A DNA stretch of 59,745 bases, the filler included, from Nemertoderma westbladi (taxonomy: Eukaryota; Animalia; Xenacoelomorpha), in NCBI GenBank assembly GCA_032718475.1. It is 3 parts of 3 records of this genome, joined end to end, with 100 filler letters (N's around TTAATTAATTAA, not from the genome) between each part and the next. Parts side by side here need not be neighbours in the genome. Positions count along the whole stretch, not along the records: positions 1 to 17,507 come from JAUCBJ010003405.1; positions 17,608 to 48,845 come from JAUCBJ010001407.1; 1 more part is not named here. One strand, given 5' to 3'. Both the position numbers and the translations under genes were made by a program. Positions 11,989-24,200 of this stretch are shown piece by piece (the first letter of the stretch is position 1; the number at the start of each line of letters is the position of its first letter). Below the pieces are notes generated by a model, which was not told where the DNA came from, did no database searches, and was given only the letters and a program-made list of their open reading frames with translations.

Positions 11989-12759
11989 AAGATCAACATT
12001 CGGTAAATATAGCGGTAGGATAGGGTATTGCTCATTCATACAGATCTGGGTTTACTGTGATATTATTACGTCTTTGTTGGTTATTATTTAATTTATTTAT
12101 TTGAATGTGGTGTTTGTCTGTATAGTATCAGTGTTTGTACTATCGGGATATTAATGTCATAATTGAGGGTTGATGATATTAAGTTATTAATAAATAACAT
12201 AATGAAGGTTTACGCGATCTGGTTACTTAAACTAAGTTTACTCATCCCTTGTGAGAGAGCCACAAAATGGACCGCGACCGTTCCCGTAATGCTCATTATT
12301 ACAGTGACTTGAACGGATTTATGGATGTGATATTGTATTAATCAATATCGAGCTATGTTGGTTCTTGAAGTTTCAAGCCAACTAATTGACATATCTTACT
12401 GTACTCTGGCAATTGACAAGAAGCGGGAGTAGTGATTAAGACTCGGCATTCAAGTGTGATTGGGCCGTCATAATACAATAAGACCAAGGTTTGTTATTGT
12501 CATGCGCCATGTTTAATAATAACTTATCATGACTATTACGATTTATTATAATTTTATTTGTTACTCCCTTTGTACTCGGGTTATACAAGAAGTGGCGGGC
12601 CGTCTCCAGAATTTACCCAGAGTTTGGTTTAACCTAAATAAAGGATATGGATTCCGCATTCAATTGTATTATCACCGTCATCATACAGTTAAAGAGTTTT
12701 GGTTGGCTGCGCGTCATGTTTAATAATGACTTATCGCAACATGTTATTAATGTTGGGTT

Positions 12760-12998
12760 CAGGTTTCATGCGTCGTGTGTATAACGGCTTTTCATGAACC
12801 TCCCATTTATATATTTTTTAGCGTGTTCTAGAACTGAGATCAAGTTTCATGCACTGTGTAAAGAACAGTTTATCATGAAATATCCCACAGTCCTATTGTT
12901 TATGTCATTTTGCTTATAGTTGTTCTAGAACTAAGATCAAGTTTCATGTACCGTGTATAAAACGATTTATCATGAAACATCCCATAGTCCTATTGTTT
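12760..12998. repeat. ~95-bp tandem repeat in the BEL 3' spacer
   Basis: GTTCTAGAACT(G/A)AGATCAAGTTTCATG...TTATCATGAAA...AGTCCTATTGTTT occurs twice, plus a degenerate upstream copy. Confidence 0.75.
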
Positions 12999-13178
12999 TT
13001 TGGGGACAAAGCGTTATAAGGATAATTTTTGTTAGCCTGTCAAGCTGAGCATATGGCATATTTTGAAAAAAATGGGTCAGTGGTGAAGAGATGGAGTCAG
13101 TGGTTAACTTCACCTAACCGTTTTCCACGCTCGAGTGTGATATGCGGCACACTCAAGCGTTACCTAGGAGTTAACAAA

Positions 13179-14045
13179 TTATAGCAGGAAGTAAGTTAGG
13201 TTCATTGGCTTAACTTCCTGCTTTCCATAGTTGCCAGATTCTTCCCGTGCCATTTCTAGTAGGCAGAGGCATCCTATGGGACGGTTGAGCCTCTGTGGAA
13301 CAAAATTTAGCTTGCCCTTTTCTCTGAGCACCACTAAATCCAGTGATCTTACGAGGCCGTCCGCGCTAATGTGTGTCTCTACGATGCACGCTGTCTGCCA
13401 ATATTTGCGGGGAAGATCGGAGTCTACTACTAAGACCATGTCGCCCACTCTGGCATTGTATTTTACCTAAAACCACTTGTTTCTAAGTTGTATACTGGGG
13501 AGGTAAAAGCGCTCATAGTGGTTTGCAAATCGGGATGACAGTAATTGTGTCATCTTCCAGGTTTGTTGCAATAGCTCGTCACCGTCTTCTGGTGTTGAGA
13601 CTGGCAACATCACTACTTTCTTTTTCATTAGAAAGTGGGCTGGTGTGAGGGCCTCTAGTGCTTTGGGGTTGGTCGAAACAGGCATTAGGGGCCGACTGTT
13701 TTGATAGGCGGTCACTTCCTCTAAGATGGTACCGAGAATTTCATCAGTGAGGTAGGCTTTGCAAGGCAGTATATGATGAAAAGCTACCTTTACACGATGA
13801 ATTAATATCTCCCAGCTCCCACCCCACCAGGGTGCGTTTGCGGCGTTAAAGGTCCAACTGGAAGCGGAAACCTTCAACATCTCATCAACTTGATCCTGGT
13901 TCCATTCCTCTATAGAGCGTGATATCTCGTTGTTCGCTCCTATAAAGTTCGTGCCTTTGTCAGACTTCATCGTGTTGCTAATGCCGTATCGACTAATTTG
14001 CCTACGTAAGCACAGGATAAAGCTGTTCATGGAGATCGCTGGTAA
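13179..14045 (-). pseudogene. pol: BEL/Pao integrase core and C-terminal (DUF5641-type) domain, 5'-truncated
   Basis: Motifs SDKGTNFIGA, APWWGGSWEILI, NSRPL, LTPAHFL, then VGDMVLV...W...DGLVRS, all diagnostic of BEL/Pao integrase. The two track ORFs are in frame across a single TAG (13469-67). Confidence 0.92.
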
Positions 14046-14049
14046 ATAA

Positions 14050-16794
14050 TAGTCACTAGTTGGGAATAATATAACAATACTGTGGACTCACACATTCGCA
14101 TTAAATGAACCAAATCTTATTACTGACAAGGCGCACTTACATTTATCGTGTGGAAATCAAGTTGGTTTGATCTTTAGTCCAATATATTCATCAACAAGTA
14201 GTGCAAATATAAGTTGTTAATTGCAAGTAATTAGATTAATATTACAAGTGACTAGTTGCAATAAAGTGATTAGATAGATTGCAAATGAATAGTTGTTAAT
14301 ACAAATGATTAGGTAAATATTGTGAACCACGGTAACTAAAGTGGCACAATGGTGCTTATAAAATCAATACAAATTAACCTAAGGTGTTATTTAGGTTAAA
14401 ATCAAGGATGGCCTGTAAGGGTTGACAACGAATATATACGATGCTCAGTGAATAGAACAGCCAATAAGACGCAGGGATATCAACTTCGGCAGCTACCAAT
14501 TAGAGTTCAATAATACAACAGCCGTTGTTAGGCAACAATATAAACAACCTTATGGGCCCTTCAATACAATCGAAGCACAAATGTTTTACGCATGGAAATC
14601 GAATAGTCGAACGATAAAAATATAAGATTTCTGTATACAGTTAGCATTGGCAGCAAAATCCAGATAAGGAAATGCCACCGTCTGACGGCTTATAGTCTAC
14701 ACTATAAACACTATGTACCTGGAGTGTCCTATACCTAGAGATTAATTATCGAAGCCTATAGCCAATGGACCTATTAACCACGTTACAACACAAATATACT
14801 GCGTACGCACTAAATTAACTTTCAGGAAAGCACTGTACTCTAAACCCTAGATTAGGTACTAGCACTTATACAACATATAACTTGCAGTTAAATATACGTG
14901 AACAGCCAAAAGAACCACGGTATCTGCTGGAGCGACCGGAGTACTAAATCACCAGTCTGTCCTACGCCAAGCAGTCCTGAAGTAGTACCGGGGTTAATTT
15001 AACTATAACAGTATGCATAACAAGCAGAATTACTGTAAGGAATAAACTTAACAATGTTGTAAATTACTTGCATAAACTCTGAATAATAAATATTACACTA
15101 CCCGTACAGACTTCAAATAAAACACAGACCAAAATGCTGACAGACCTCCGTCAAGCCTAAATAAACCACAGTATATGCAGTCTCCGAAATGATTAGTTAG
15201 TAAGCGTTCTAGACTACGTAGTACGACTTATTCTTTCACAGAGGATTTTCCTTACAGCACTGGAAGCCTCCACTGCCTAACTAGCACTTTATCGGACAAA
15301 TAACCTCCATACACTGTAATCCACTTCAGACCTAACAACAATCAGACAACAATCCAGCCCATAAGTTACTTTTACAACCTGAGCATGTTTACACGCCTTC
15401 TGCTCAATATTACACTTACAGACAGAAATAAGTAAAATCTCAATAAAAAACCACGGCTGCAGTCCCCGATTAAATACTAAGACCTACCGGTATATAATTC
15501 TCACAATCGAAGTAATACTGCTGTAAAGTACCGGTTCGGGTCAACTAAGCCTACAGTTCACCGTCCGACCGGTACATTAGGGTTTATTGCCTACTGAACA
15601 ATAAAAGAATAAATCTATTAATGTTTGCGCTTTTAAGACCTTTGACAGTTTAACCTGCCAAATTAGGATGTCTTTTAGATGATATATAGTCTTTAGCCTA
15701 TGACGAGTATTTGATACACTACATTAGCCGAAGCCAGTCTATGCGCAATCATTCACCCGCTGGATATACCCGGGAAACTGAATTCGGAAGCTTAATGATT
15801 GATGGTGTAAGCCTACCGTATTATTCGACTGATCGTTATATATAATCTCTGACAAATATTATTCACTTTGGGAAATATTAACAGTTCCTTTAGGACGTGG
15901 TGCTCTAAATATGTAAACAGAGTTATGACTTAAACTAGACACAACGAAAAGGCTATAGATTCACGTATATGGCGCATTCTTTAGGAGATGCTTTGTTATC
16001 AGTTACAATCATACACAATGCTGCACAATACTGCACACTAATCTGCCGACCTTCACTAAATTTAGTCACGTATAAAGAGAGCAACATACAATTTATGTCG
16101 GGCCTATGAAACAGCATTAGATTCACTTCAAACCACTTAACATAGGTCGCAATCGTTTATCTGTAACCGGTCTCTCTAACCTTTAGTATATCAAGAAGGT
16201 GGGGTGTCTGACTATTGATCAGTATTCCGATATAATATTTCATCAACCAATATAATGAATAACCGACAGTAAAAGCAGTAAAGTTAAGGTATGAATGATT
16301 ATTAAGTGAGTTAACTGAGTTTTTGTATGATAACTCGGTTTGTTGAGTAAGATAACGGATATACGTTCTATAATTAAGCCTACTAATGTTAAGCTAAAGA
16401 CTGAAACACGGAGGTGCCAAAAGCCGATGTTCTTAGGCTCTGGGCAAAAAGATAACACTGAACTACTGAGTTTCTGTATCCAACTCCAACACAGAGACAA
16501 AAAACGCTCTGATTGGTCGACCGAGCAACGAGAGAACAAAGAAACAAAGAAATGTCGATGTGGCAATATCAGCTGTTAGCCGTCGTCATGGTAGCGACAC
16601 TGTTTTCAAGAGGATCTAGCTTATTGCGTCACGAGATTGCGGATTATGTCCTCTAAAGTACAAATACAGAAGAAATGACTTTTATGTCCTCTAAAACACC
16701 AGTACAGTAAGGACACGGCCTTTTTCTGCCTGGTAAACCAACTACAGAGTACTTTACGGGAGAATAACCGGTTAATTACGCAAAAGCTTTTACA
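14050..16794 (-). mobile_element. BEL/Pao LTR plus long leader, preceded by a polypurine-tract-like motif
   Basis: Minus strand reads TTCTGGGAGCGG|TGTAAAAGCTTTTG at 16794. 14660-16320 is the reverse complement of 26365-28477. 16500-16720 resembles 48950-49170. Confidence 0.75.
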
Positions 16795-16872
16795 CCGCTC
16801 CCAGAAAATGGGATTTAAGTCTATAAAATATAACAAATCACAGTTTCTAAAATATAAAAATACTCTAAACAG

Positions 16873-17406
16873 TTAGTCTTTCTTACGCGGACGGCGTTTA
16901 CGCAGTTTTTTGAGGCTAGCAAGAGTCCTTTTCTCTTTGGGGCGAGCCACTTTACTAGGAGGGCTATAACTCCTGGGTGAAGGGTGCAATACAATTGCAT
17001 CAGAAGGTTTCGGATTGCGATCGGTGTATCCGCCAGTCAAGGTACCTGGTTGATCGATATCAACTTCAGCGGAGCGAGGTCTAACGGCCTTTAAGGCGCG
17101 TCTTAGGACAGCAGCTCCTACTGGTCCTTGACGGGTCGTCTGGACAACGGCGGTAGGTGGACCGTGAGTGGTGAGAAACTTCCTTGGTTTAATAGTTCTT
17201 TCCAGCTCGCGTTCTCGGGCTCGATATTCGTAGGGCCGTCGAGATACTTCCTGTAACTCAGGGTGCGAGTTGATAAATAAATCGCCATACTCAGGGTCTT
17301 GACGGATATAATTGATCAAATGGTATGAAGTAATATCATTAGGATTGACGTTCCTAAGGTATCTTCGAACAAATTTAGTGGAAATACACTCACCAACACA
17401 CTTCAT
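16873..17406 (-). CDS. Unknown ORF (177 aa, basic C-terminus) just upstream of the PPT/LTR; probable retrotransposon 3' accessory ORF
   Basis: Open frame with protein-like composition ending KKLRKRRPRKKD, about 70 bp before the PPT-like motif. The region upstream runs into an assembly gap. Confidence 0.45.
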   Translation of the reverse strand: MKCVGECISTKFVRRYLRNVNPNDITSYHLINYIRQDPEYGDLFINSHPELQEVSRRPYEYRARERELERTIKPRKFLTTHGPPTAVVQTTRQGPVGAAVLRRALKAVRPRSAEVDIDQPGTLTGGYTDRNPKPSDAIVLHPSPRSYSPPSKVARPKEKRTLASLKKLRKRRPRKKD

Positions 17407-17507
17407 TAGCTCGTAACTCGGTATGCGTGTTTTTGTTCCACAGACGCAAATAAATAAGGATGGCTTCCCAAGCTCGGATGTAGCGCAGGGTAATCATTTC
17501 ATCTACA

Positions 17508-17607
17508 NNNNNNNNNNNNNNNNNNNNNNNNNNNNNNNNNNNNNNNNNNNNTTAATTAATTAANNNNNNNNNNNNNNNNNNNNNNNNNNNNNNNNNNNNN
17601 NNNNNNN
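17508..17607. other. Assembly gap/linker N44-TTAATTAATTAA-N44
   Basis: 100-bp artificial linker with stops in all six frames. Identical to 48846-48945. Confidence 0.97.
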
Positions 17608-18372
17608 TTAAATTATAGAGCGTATAACTGTTATCGGTGCAACTCCGTTCAGTCTTGCATTATCGGTTCAACATACATTGTTGTGCTGCTGTTTGCTGTT
17701 GTCATATTTTGTATCTGTTGGTTGAATATTATTTGGATAACATCTATAAAGAACCCAAATTTCCCAATTTTCTTGATACACTACAGGTTAGAGAGACGGG
17801 TTATATATAGCGATTGCGACTTATATTATTGTGGTTTGTAGTGAATTTAATGCTATTTGATAAGCACTACATGAGTCCGTTGCTGTTCTCTTTATATATG
17901 ATAAAATTCATTGACGGTCGGCAAATTAGTGAGCAGTATTGTGTGTTACCGGTAGTGTGCATGATTGTGACTGATAACTAAGCATTTCCTAAAGAATGCG
18001 CCTCATACGTGAATCATAAGCCTTACCGACTTACCGTTGTGATTAGTATAAGTCATATCTCTGTTTACCTAGATAGAGCGCCACGTCCTAAAGGAACTGT
18101 TAATATTTCCCGAAAGTGAATAATATTAGTCAGAAATTATTTATTAACGATCAATCGAATAATACAGTAAGCTTACACTGCAATAATAATCTAAGCCCTC
18201 AGAATCCAGTCTCCCGGGTATATCCAGCGGGTGAATGGACGCGCACTAGGCTGGCTTCTGCTAATGTTGTGTTTATTGGTATTAAATATTTGTCAACTTC
18301 TAAAGTCTATTTATAAACCAAAAGACATATAAATTTTGGCAGGTTAAACTGCTAAAGGTCTTCAAAAGCGCG
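17608..18372 (+). mobile_element. Fragment of the BEL/Pao LTR/leader
   Basis: Colinear with 26313-27069, e.g. GATAGAGCGCCACGTCCTAAAGGAACTGTTAATATTTCCC and TTTTGGCAGGTTAAACTGCTAAAGGTCTTCAAAAGCGCG. Confidence 0.85.
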
Positions 18373-18701
18373 TACAGAGGGTGAGAAGTGAGTTATTAGC
18401 CAATGGGGGGAAAGCATCGACTGAGTAGTGCAATGCGGCCAACAGTGCAATATATATTATCATTCGTTGTGCTAATTCATGAACTCTAATTACCGTCTCC
18501 GTCTGCTGTCAGCAATATATTATCATTTACCGGTACACTACATCAAACATCAACTATTCGTGCTATTATAATTTATTATATTATATCCTTGAGCCTATAT
18601 ACACCGATTAATCAATAACTCAGAACTCTTTCACATACACACGGCGGGGACGCGTAGATTAAAAACCGGATAAACCGGGATCCTCAGTGGATCCCGTCAC
18701 A
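18373..18701 (+). mobile_element. 3' part of an LTR of the 8774-9342 family
   Basis: GTTATTAGCCAAT...CAATATATATTATCA...CACACGGCGGGGACGCGTAGATT...GGATCCCGTCACA, colinear with 8985-9342. Confidence 0.85.
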
Positions 18702-19623
18702 CATGTCCTTAGATCATCATAATGATGATGGGGTGATGATAACTCCACCTACTGGCTCTAGAAGTCGAGGAAATCCTGCCAAGTACCTAACTGATCTAGA
18801 CTTTGCTGATGACTTAGGAGTACTCTCAGAATCACTAGAGGGAGCCCAATGGCTCCTCAGCTCATTAGAACATGCTGCTTCTAGTGTTGGTCTTTCTATT
18901 AACTCCAGAAAGACCAAAATTTTGACAGTTAACTTTGAAAGTCCTCAGCAAGTCTCTGATCGGATGAGCATAAGCTCAAAAGATGGTATGCTTGAGCATG
19001 TGGATGACTTCTGTTACCTGGGATCATGGATCCGGGAGTCAGGTGAGGACCTTCGAATACGTAAGGGAAAGGCATGGGCAGCCTTGAATAGGCTTTCCAG
19101 GATTTGGAAGTCACCGAGAATTAATCGGAAACTTAAGGTCCGATTATTTAGAGCAGCAGTAGTTCCAGTACTCCTCTATGGGAGTCCATGCTGGGCTCTA
19201 ACTGCTGAGGACATCAAATCTCTGGATGGCACATTCACAAGAATGCTACGCCGGGTTCATTGTGTCAAGTACAATGCACACATCTCCAACCAGACACTAT
19301 ATAACATTGGAGGTGTCTCATTGGTTCCCCCAAGCTTGACACTAGAACAAAATCGCCTCCGCTTTGCAGGACATTGCTTTCGCCGAGAGGACCAGCCAGT
19401 GCATAATCTTGTACTTTGGCAGCCTCATGGAGTGAATAAGCATGGTGGACAGCCCATGACTTTCTTGAGACGCATCTTAAAGGACACTGGCCTTGAAGGT
19501 GTGGATGATCTAGCAAATGTCATGGGTGATAGGGAGTTGTGGCGGTGCAATTTTGTCGATAAGCCGGCACAGCATTCTTAAAAATGCAGCTGCAATGCAG
19601 CATGCCGATCCTAGTAGTAGTAC
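18702..19623 (+). mobile_element. 5'-truncated RTE-clade LINE (RT C-terminal half, ORF 18703-19581, short 3' UTR, (TAG)n tail)
   Basis: Motifs DLDFADDL, KTK, FCYLGSWI, KVRLFRAAVVPVLLYG and RLRFAGH. Near-identical copies at 38487-39110 and 57723-58125. Confidence 0.9.
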
Positions 19624-20190
19624 GCAGATGACCTGGCAATTTACGGCTCCCCCCTATCAGATGTCCAGTCAGCACTTGATAAGTTTTCTGAATATTGCGA
19701 CGAAAACCATTTAAGAGTGAACATAGGAAAAACAAAGGGCAATGAAATCAGGGCGTAACCGCACCCACGTAAGAAAAGTTCGGGGCTTTTAATTTAAATT
19801 ATGGTGCGGCATTGCAAAATATGCGTCCACAACCAATGTATTGAACCCGATAGATTACCCTGATTCAGCCCTGATAAATGTTAAATATCTTGCCGGCAAT
19901 CGACGCAGAGTCGCATTCGAATGGTTACCACCACAAGCTGTGCACCAAGTCGAATTGCGGGAGACCCACAGATAACTGTCTTTGTAAATATTGTAACTCC
20001 ACCGCCACTGACATCTCCCACGCTCCTGGTTGCGCCCATTTTAGTGAGCATCAACATCCACTCCATTTAGCTTTTTATTTAAATAATTTATAATTATATA
20101 TGAAATATATTTTATTACGTATTCTATATTTTATTTACCGTTACAAATGTGTATATTTTCCTATCTCTTTTATCCGTTGGATAATTAAAC
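19621..20190 (+). pseudogene. Older LINE ORF2 remnant (YADD region and C-terminal CCHC knuckle)
   Basis: YADDLAIYGS..(frameshift)..DVQSALDKFSEYCDENHLRVNIGKTK at 19621-19738. CKYCNSTATDISHAPGC at ~19983-20033, followed by an AT-rich 3' UTR. Confidence 0.6.
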
Positions 20191-21024
20191 GCTAATTATT
20201 AATTTTAAAATGGTCGATTTAGTTGTGCTACAGTAGAGACATGTTTTAAATTTTAAGGCCAAATTATTCAGTATTAGCTACTGTATGGCCTATTGGCCTG
20301 TATTCACAAGTCAAGACTTCGACCTAATCGTGATGCGATAGATTGCTACGTATCTGCGAATAATTATTTTTTAGGCTTGTTTTTAGTGGTGTTATGGCAT
20401 TTATGGGTCTCATTTTGACTCCTTGTACAGAATTTAGTTGGACAATAATCACATTTTAAGACCAAATCATCACTTTTGCAGTTGCAGTTATGGTGTATAT
20501 TTCATATTACAAGTCTAACATCTTTTTGTTCCCATTGCGCGGTGATATATAACACAGCATTCGATGAAGCTTTCTCAATAATGTATAATTTTAGTGGTGG
20601 TATTTGACGCATTTTGGGCTCATTGGAAACTGCAATAATGGTTTACTTAGACCCATACATCAATAACACCACTAAAAAAAGACTACAATGAGAAACGCTT
20701 CTTAGAATGCTTTGCTACTAACTAACAATATGTAAATATCTTGTTGCAAAACGTCTTATCGTGACCTTAAAACTTATAAATTTTCCGGTTTCACCGGTAA
20801 TTTTTCACGATTTTGGCATATTGTGGTCGGGGGGATGATACGTGGTTGCGTCAATGCTGACGGTTGGTTATATACAGTTTGGAACGGTTACGTCATAGCC
20901 TACTATACACATAGCTGGGTACAAAAATAGCCAAGAAAATGCCGCAATTACATTATTATCTCTGATATATCGATAATTGCGAAGAATTTAAGGAATATGG
21001 CCAATTGATACGTCACGTTGATCG

Positions 21025-21254
21025 TGATGGTTTAATAGAGCCTACAGACTGGTTGGTGTATCTGACTGAAAGATCTGGAGTTGAGAGCTATATACTGTAT
21101 TATTAACCATTCCTATCCAATAGGATCGTACCGCATTATCACAGTATTAACAGCATATCCATATAACAAATACTACAGTTAGTAGTTGCCAAAAAGGCAA
21201 AAGCCTAAACCGGGTCCTGAGTCTCTTTACTCTCACAGTCAGTCTCTATCATCA
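21025..21254 (-). mobile_element. 3' LTR (~230 bp) of the Gypsy element
   Basis: On the minus strand a purine tract AACAAAGATAGGGA precedes TGATG...ATTAAACCATCA. Termini form a 5-bp inverted repeat TGATG/CATCA, with a poly(A)-like signal just inside the end. Confidence 0.6.
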
Positions 21255-24200
21255 ATCCCTATCTTTGTTACGTAGCAGAGGGACATCCAGAACATAGTCT
21301 TTAAGGTATCCAGGAAGAGTGCGATTGCGAGTGGGTCGAGGCGGATTCTCTGGAGCGTTGTCATCAGTATCTGTTGGAGGTTGCTGAGATGATCGGGAGC
21401 ATCCTTGAGTTTGCTGGCCCTTTGTTGTGGGTGGAGGGCCCCAGACCCATGTTGACGAGCGCTGATCAGGTATTTCATAGTGGAACGGCTTCACGTCATC
21501 GATATGACGGCGTCGGGTTCTGCCATCCACTGCCTTCACGAGAACTCCGTTACCTTGTTGTTCTACTACAGTGTAGGGGGTTGACTCATATTTTGTATCG
21601 AATTTATGTTTGCGGGCTCGATTACGTATGAGCACCTGACAACCTGGTGTCAAGTAGGTGGATTTGCAGTGCCTGGAGGCATTTGCTTTATCCGTTCGAC
21701 GGTGCTTCTGTTCGCGGTCATGTTCCCGAGCGTCGTTGACCTGTTGATCGGAAATGGACTTCCATGGGAAGCTGGAGCGGTATCCGTGTCGGAGGAGAAC
21801 GTCGCCTGGGGCAACACCAGTTGCAGTATGGGGGGTAGAACGGTAGTTGGCCAGGGTTTGTGATAAGGCTTCTTTCAGTGGTTGTCTGTTGTTGTGAGCT
21901 ATTTTCATGGCCTTGCCGAGGGGCTTCATAAAGGTTTCAGAGGGGTTTCCCTGCGGGTGGTATTCATACACTTTCGTGTGGGATATGCCCCGCTGGCGGG
22001 AGAAAGTTGTGAACTCCTTTGAATTAAACGGGGGCCCATTATCTGAACGATGGGTTTCTGGGTTACCAAAGTTGTCATAGATATCGCCCAAGGCAGTGAG
22101 AACAGGCGCTGATGAAGTGGAGGGTACAATGGTGGCTGCTGGAAATCTTGAGAGTGAGTCTTGAGCTACAAGCACATGTTGTCCTGTTGGCATAGGTCCA
22201 AACAGGTCAATATTAACCTCTTGCCATGCATGATCCGGTGTGTGCTGGGCTGAGTGTGGTGCCGTGTATCCCTTGTTAGTGAAGAGCTGGCATCCTTTGC
22301 AGCTGGCGACTTTGGATTCCACCATACAATTGAGGTCAGGAAACCAAAAATGTGTGCGTAGGCGTCTTTTTAGAGCTGCTGATCCAGGGTGTCCTCCTTG
22401 ATGAGCCTTCTCGATTGCCTGCATCCACAGTTTTTCCGGTAGTATGATGCGATCTTCTTTTAAGAGCAATTCAGTATCCGAGAGTGAAATTGTTGCAAAG
22501 AAGGGGCGATATGGTTTCAGTTCATGACAGCTCCGTGAGATGTATCCCTTCTGAAGCGCTGCAGCCAGCAGTTGTAGAGTGTGATCCTGTTTGGTTTCAT
22601 TGATAATCTTCTCCATGGCAATAGCTTCAGTGTATGGTGAGAGCTGCAGAAACCAAATAGTTTTCTCCAGCTCCAATGTTTCGTCCTGCCATGATTTTGG
22701 TGTTTCATTCCATGGGAGTGCCCTTCGTGAGAGGTAGTCAGCTGGGTTGTCCTGGCCTGAACGCCAAATAACCTGATAAGGAACATCTTGGTGTCGTAAT
22801 AGAATTCTTTCAGTGCGAACCGAGCCCCTGCGCTTTCCCGCAAATATGCTAATCAGCGGTTTGTGATCCGTATATACTGAGATGGTTGGCCCCCCTACAA
22901 GATATTGGCGGTAGCGACGCAAACCAAAGTCGATGGCCAGAGCCTCCAGGTCAAGCTGGGGGTAGCGTCGTTCTACTGGTGTAGTGGTACGGCTCGCGCA
23001 TGCCACCATGTGTGGTGATGATGATGAATGGCCTTGGCATAATATGACTGACAGCCCCGTCTGATGTGCATCTACAAATAGGTATGTTGGCAGAGTGGGA
23101 TCGAAGAAACGGAGGGATGACTGCTCACTGAGAAGGCATCGTAGGTGTTGAAATTCTGCTTGGCAGGCTGCAGACCATTTGAAGCGCTTGTGCTTGAGGG
23201 TGAGTGACCTCAGGTGTTTCGTCTGCCGGGAGAGGTTCGGGATGAAGTCGGAGTAGGACTGTACCAATGACAAGAATGACATTACCTCATATTTGTTGCG
23301 TGGTGCTGGGGCCTGTCGTAACGCCTCTATCTTTGATGGATCGGGGCGGACTCCTTCTTTGGAGAGGATCATACCCCAGAATGGTATCTCCTGCTGGAAG
23401 AAGTGGCACTTGTCTGGGTTGAGAGTAAGGTTGGCATCTGATATGATCCGAAGTGTTTGTTCCAAGGCAGCTGCATGATCGGAGACTGTCAATGTGGCCA
23501 CAATAAGGTCATCATGAATGACATAAGCTCCGGATACAGACGCGAACAAGGGCTGTAGAGCCCGATTTAACTCCCCTGAAGCAGGTTTGGTGCCCATTGT
23601 TAGGCGGTTGTAGTGCCATAATTGATCACCATCGCTAAATACCGTGATTTGTCGACTTTCCGGAGCGAGTTCTAGCTGATGGAACGCAGATTTGAAGTCC
23701 AACTTGCTGAAAACCATTGAGCCGCCGACTTGTGTCAGAATATCTTCGGGCCTGGGGATAGGTACCTTAGTATCTTTAATGGCCTTATTGGCATTTCTCA
23801 TATCAATAGTGACTCGCACACTACCATTGTCCTTGGGGGCGAGGACAACATTGGACACCCATGGTGCGGGCCCTTCATGCTTTTCAATTATTCCTGCATG
23901 TTCCATTGCCTTGAGTTCTTGCTGAAGACGGGAGCGAAGGTGGAATGGGACTGGACGCATAGGGGATGCTATTGGAGGGATAGATTCATCAGTGTGCAGT
24001 TTTACTAGATGGTTACAAAGTTTGCCAACGCCAGTGAATATATGAGCATATGGTCGGATATCCATGTGGTGGGCACAGCTGTTGAACAGGTGAGCTATAC
24101 TACCATTCGTATCGTCTGTCGTTTCAGTGCGATTTATTGTAGTATATGGGAGTGAATCGGTATGGTCTTCATGGTTGAGGGTGATTATGCTTAGCGCTTC

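Noticed and set aside
17508-17607. TTAATTAATTAA motif within N runs (also 48846-48945)
   Set aside because: Artificial scaffolding linker, not biology. ORFs containing X across it are meaningless.
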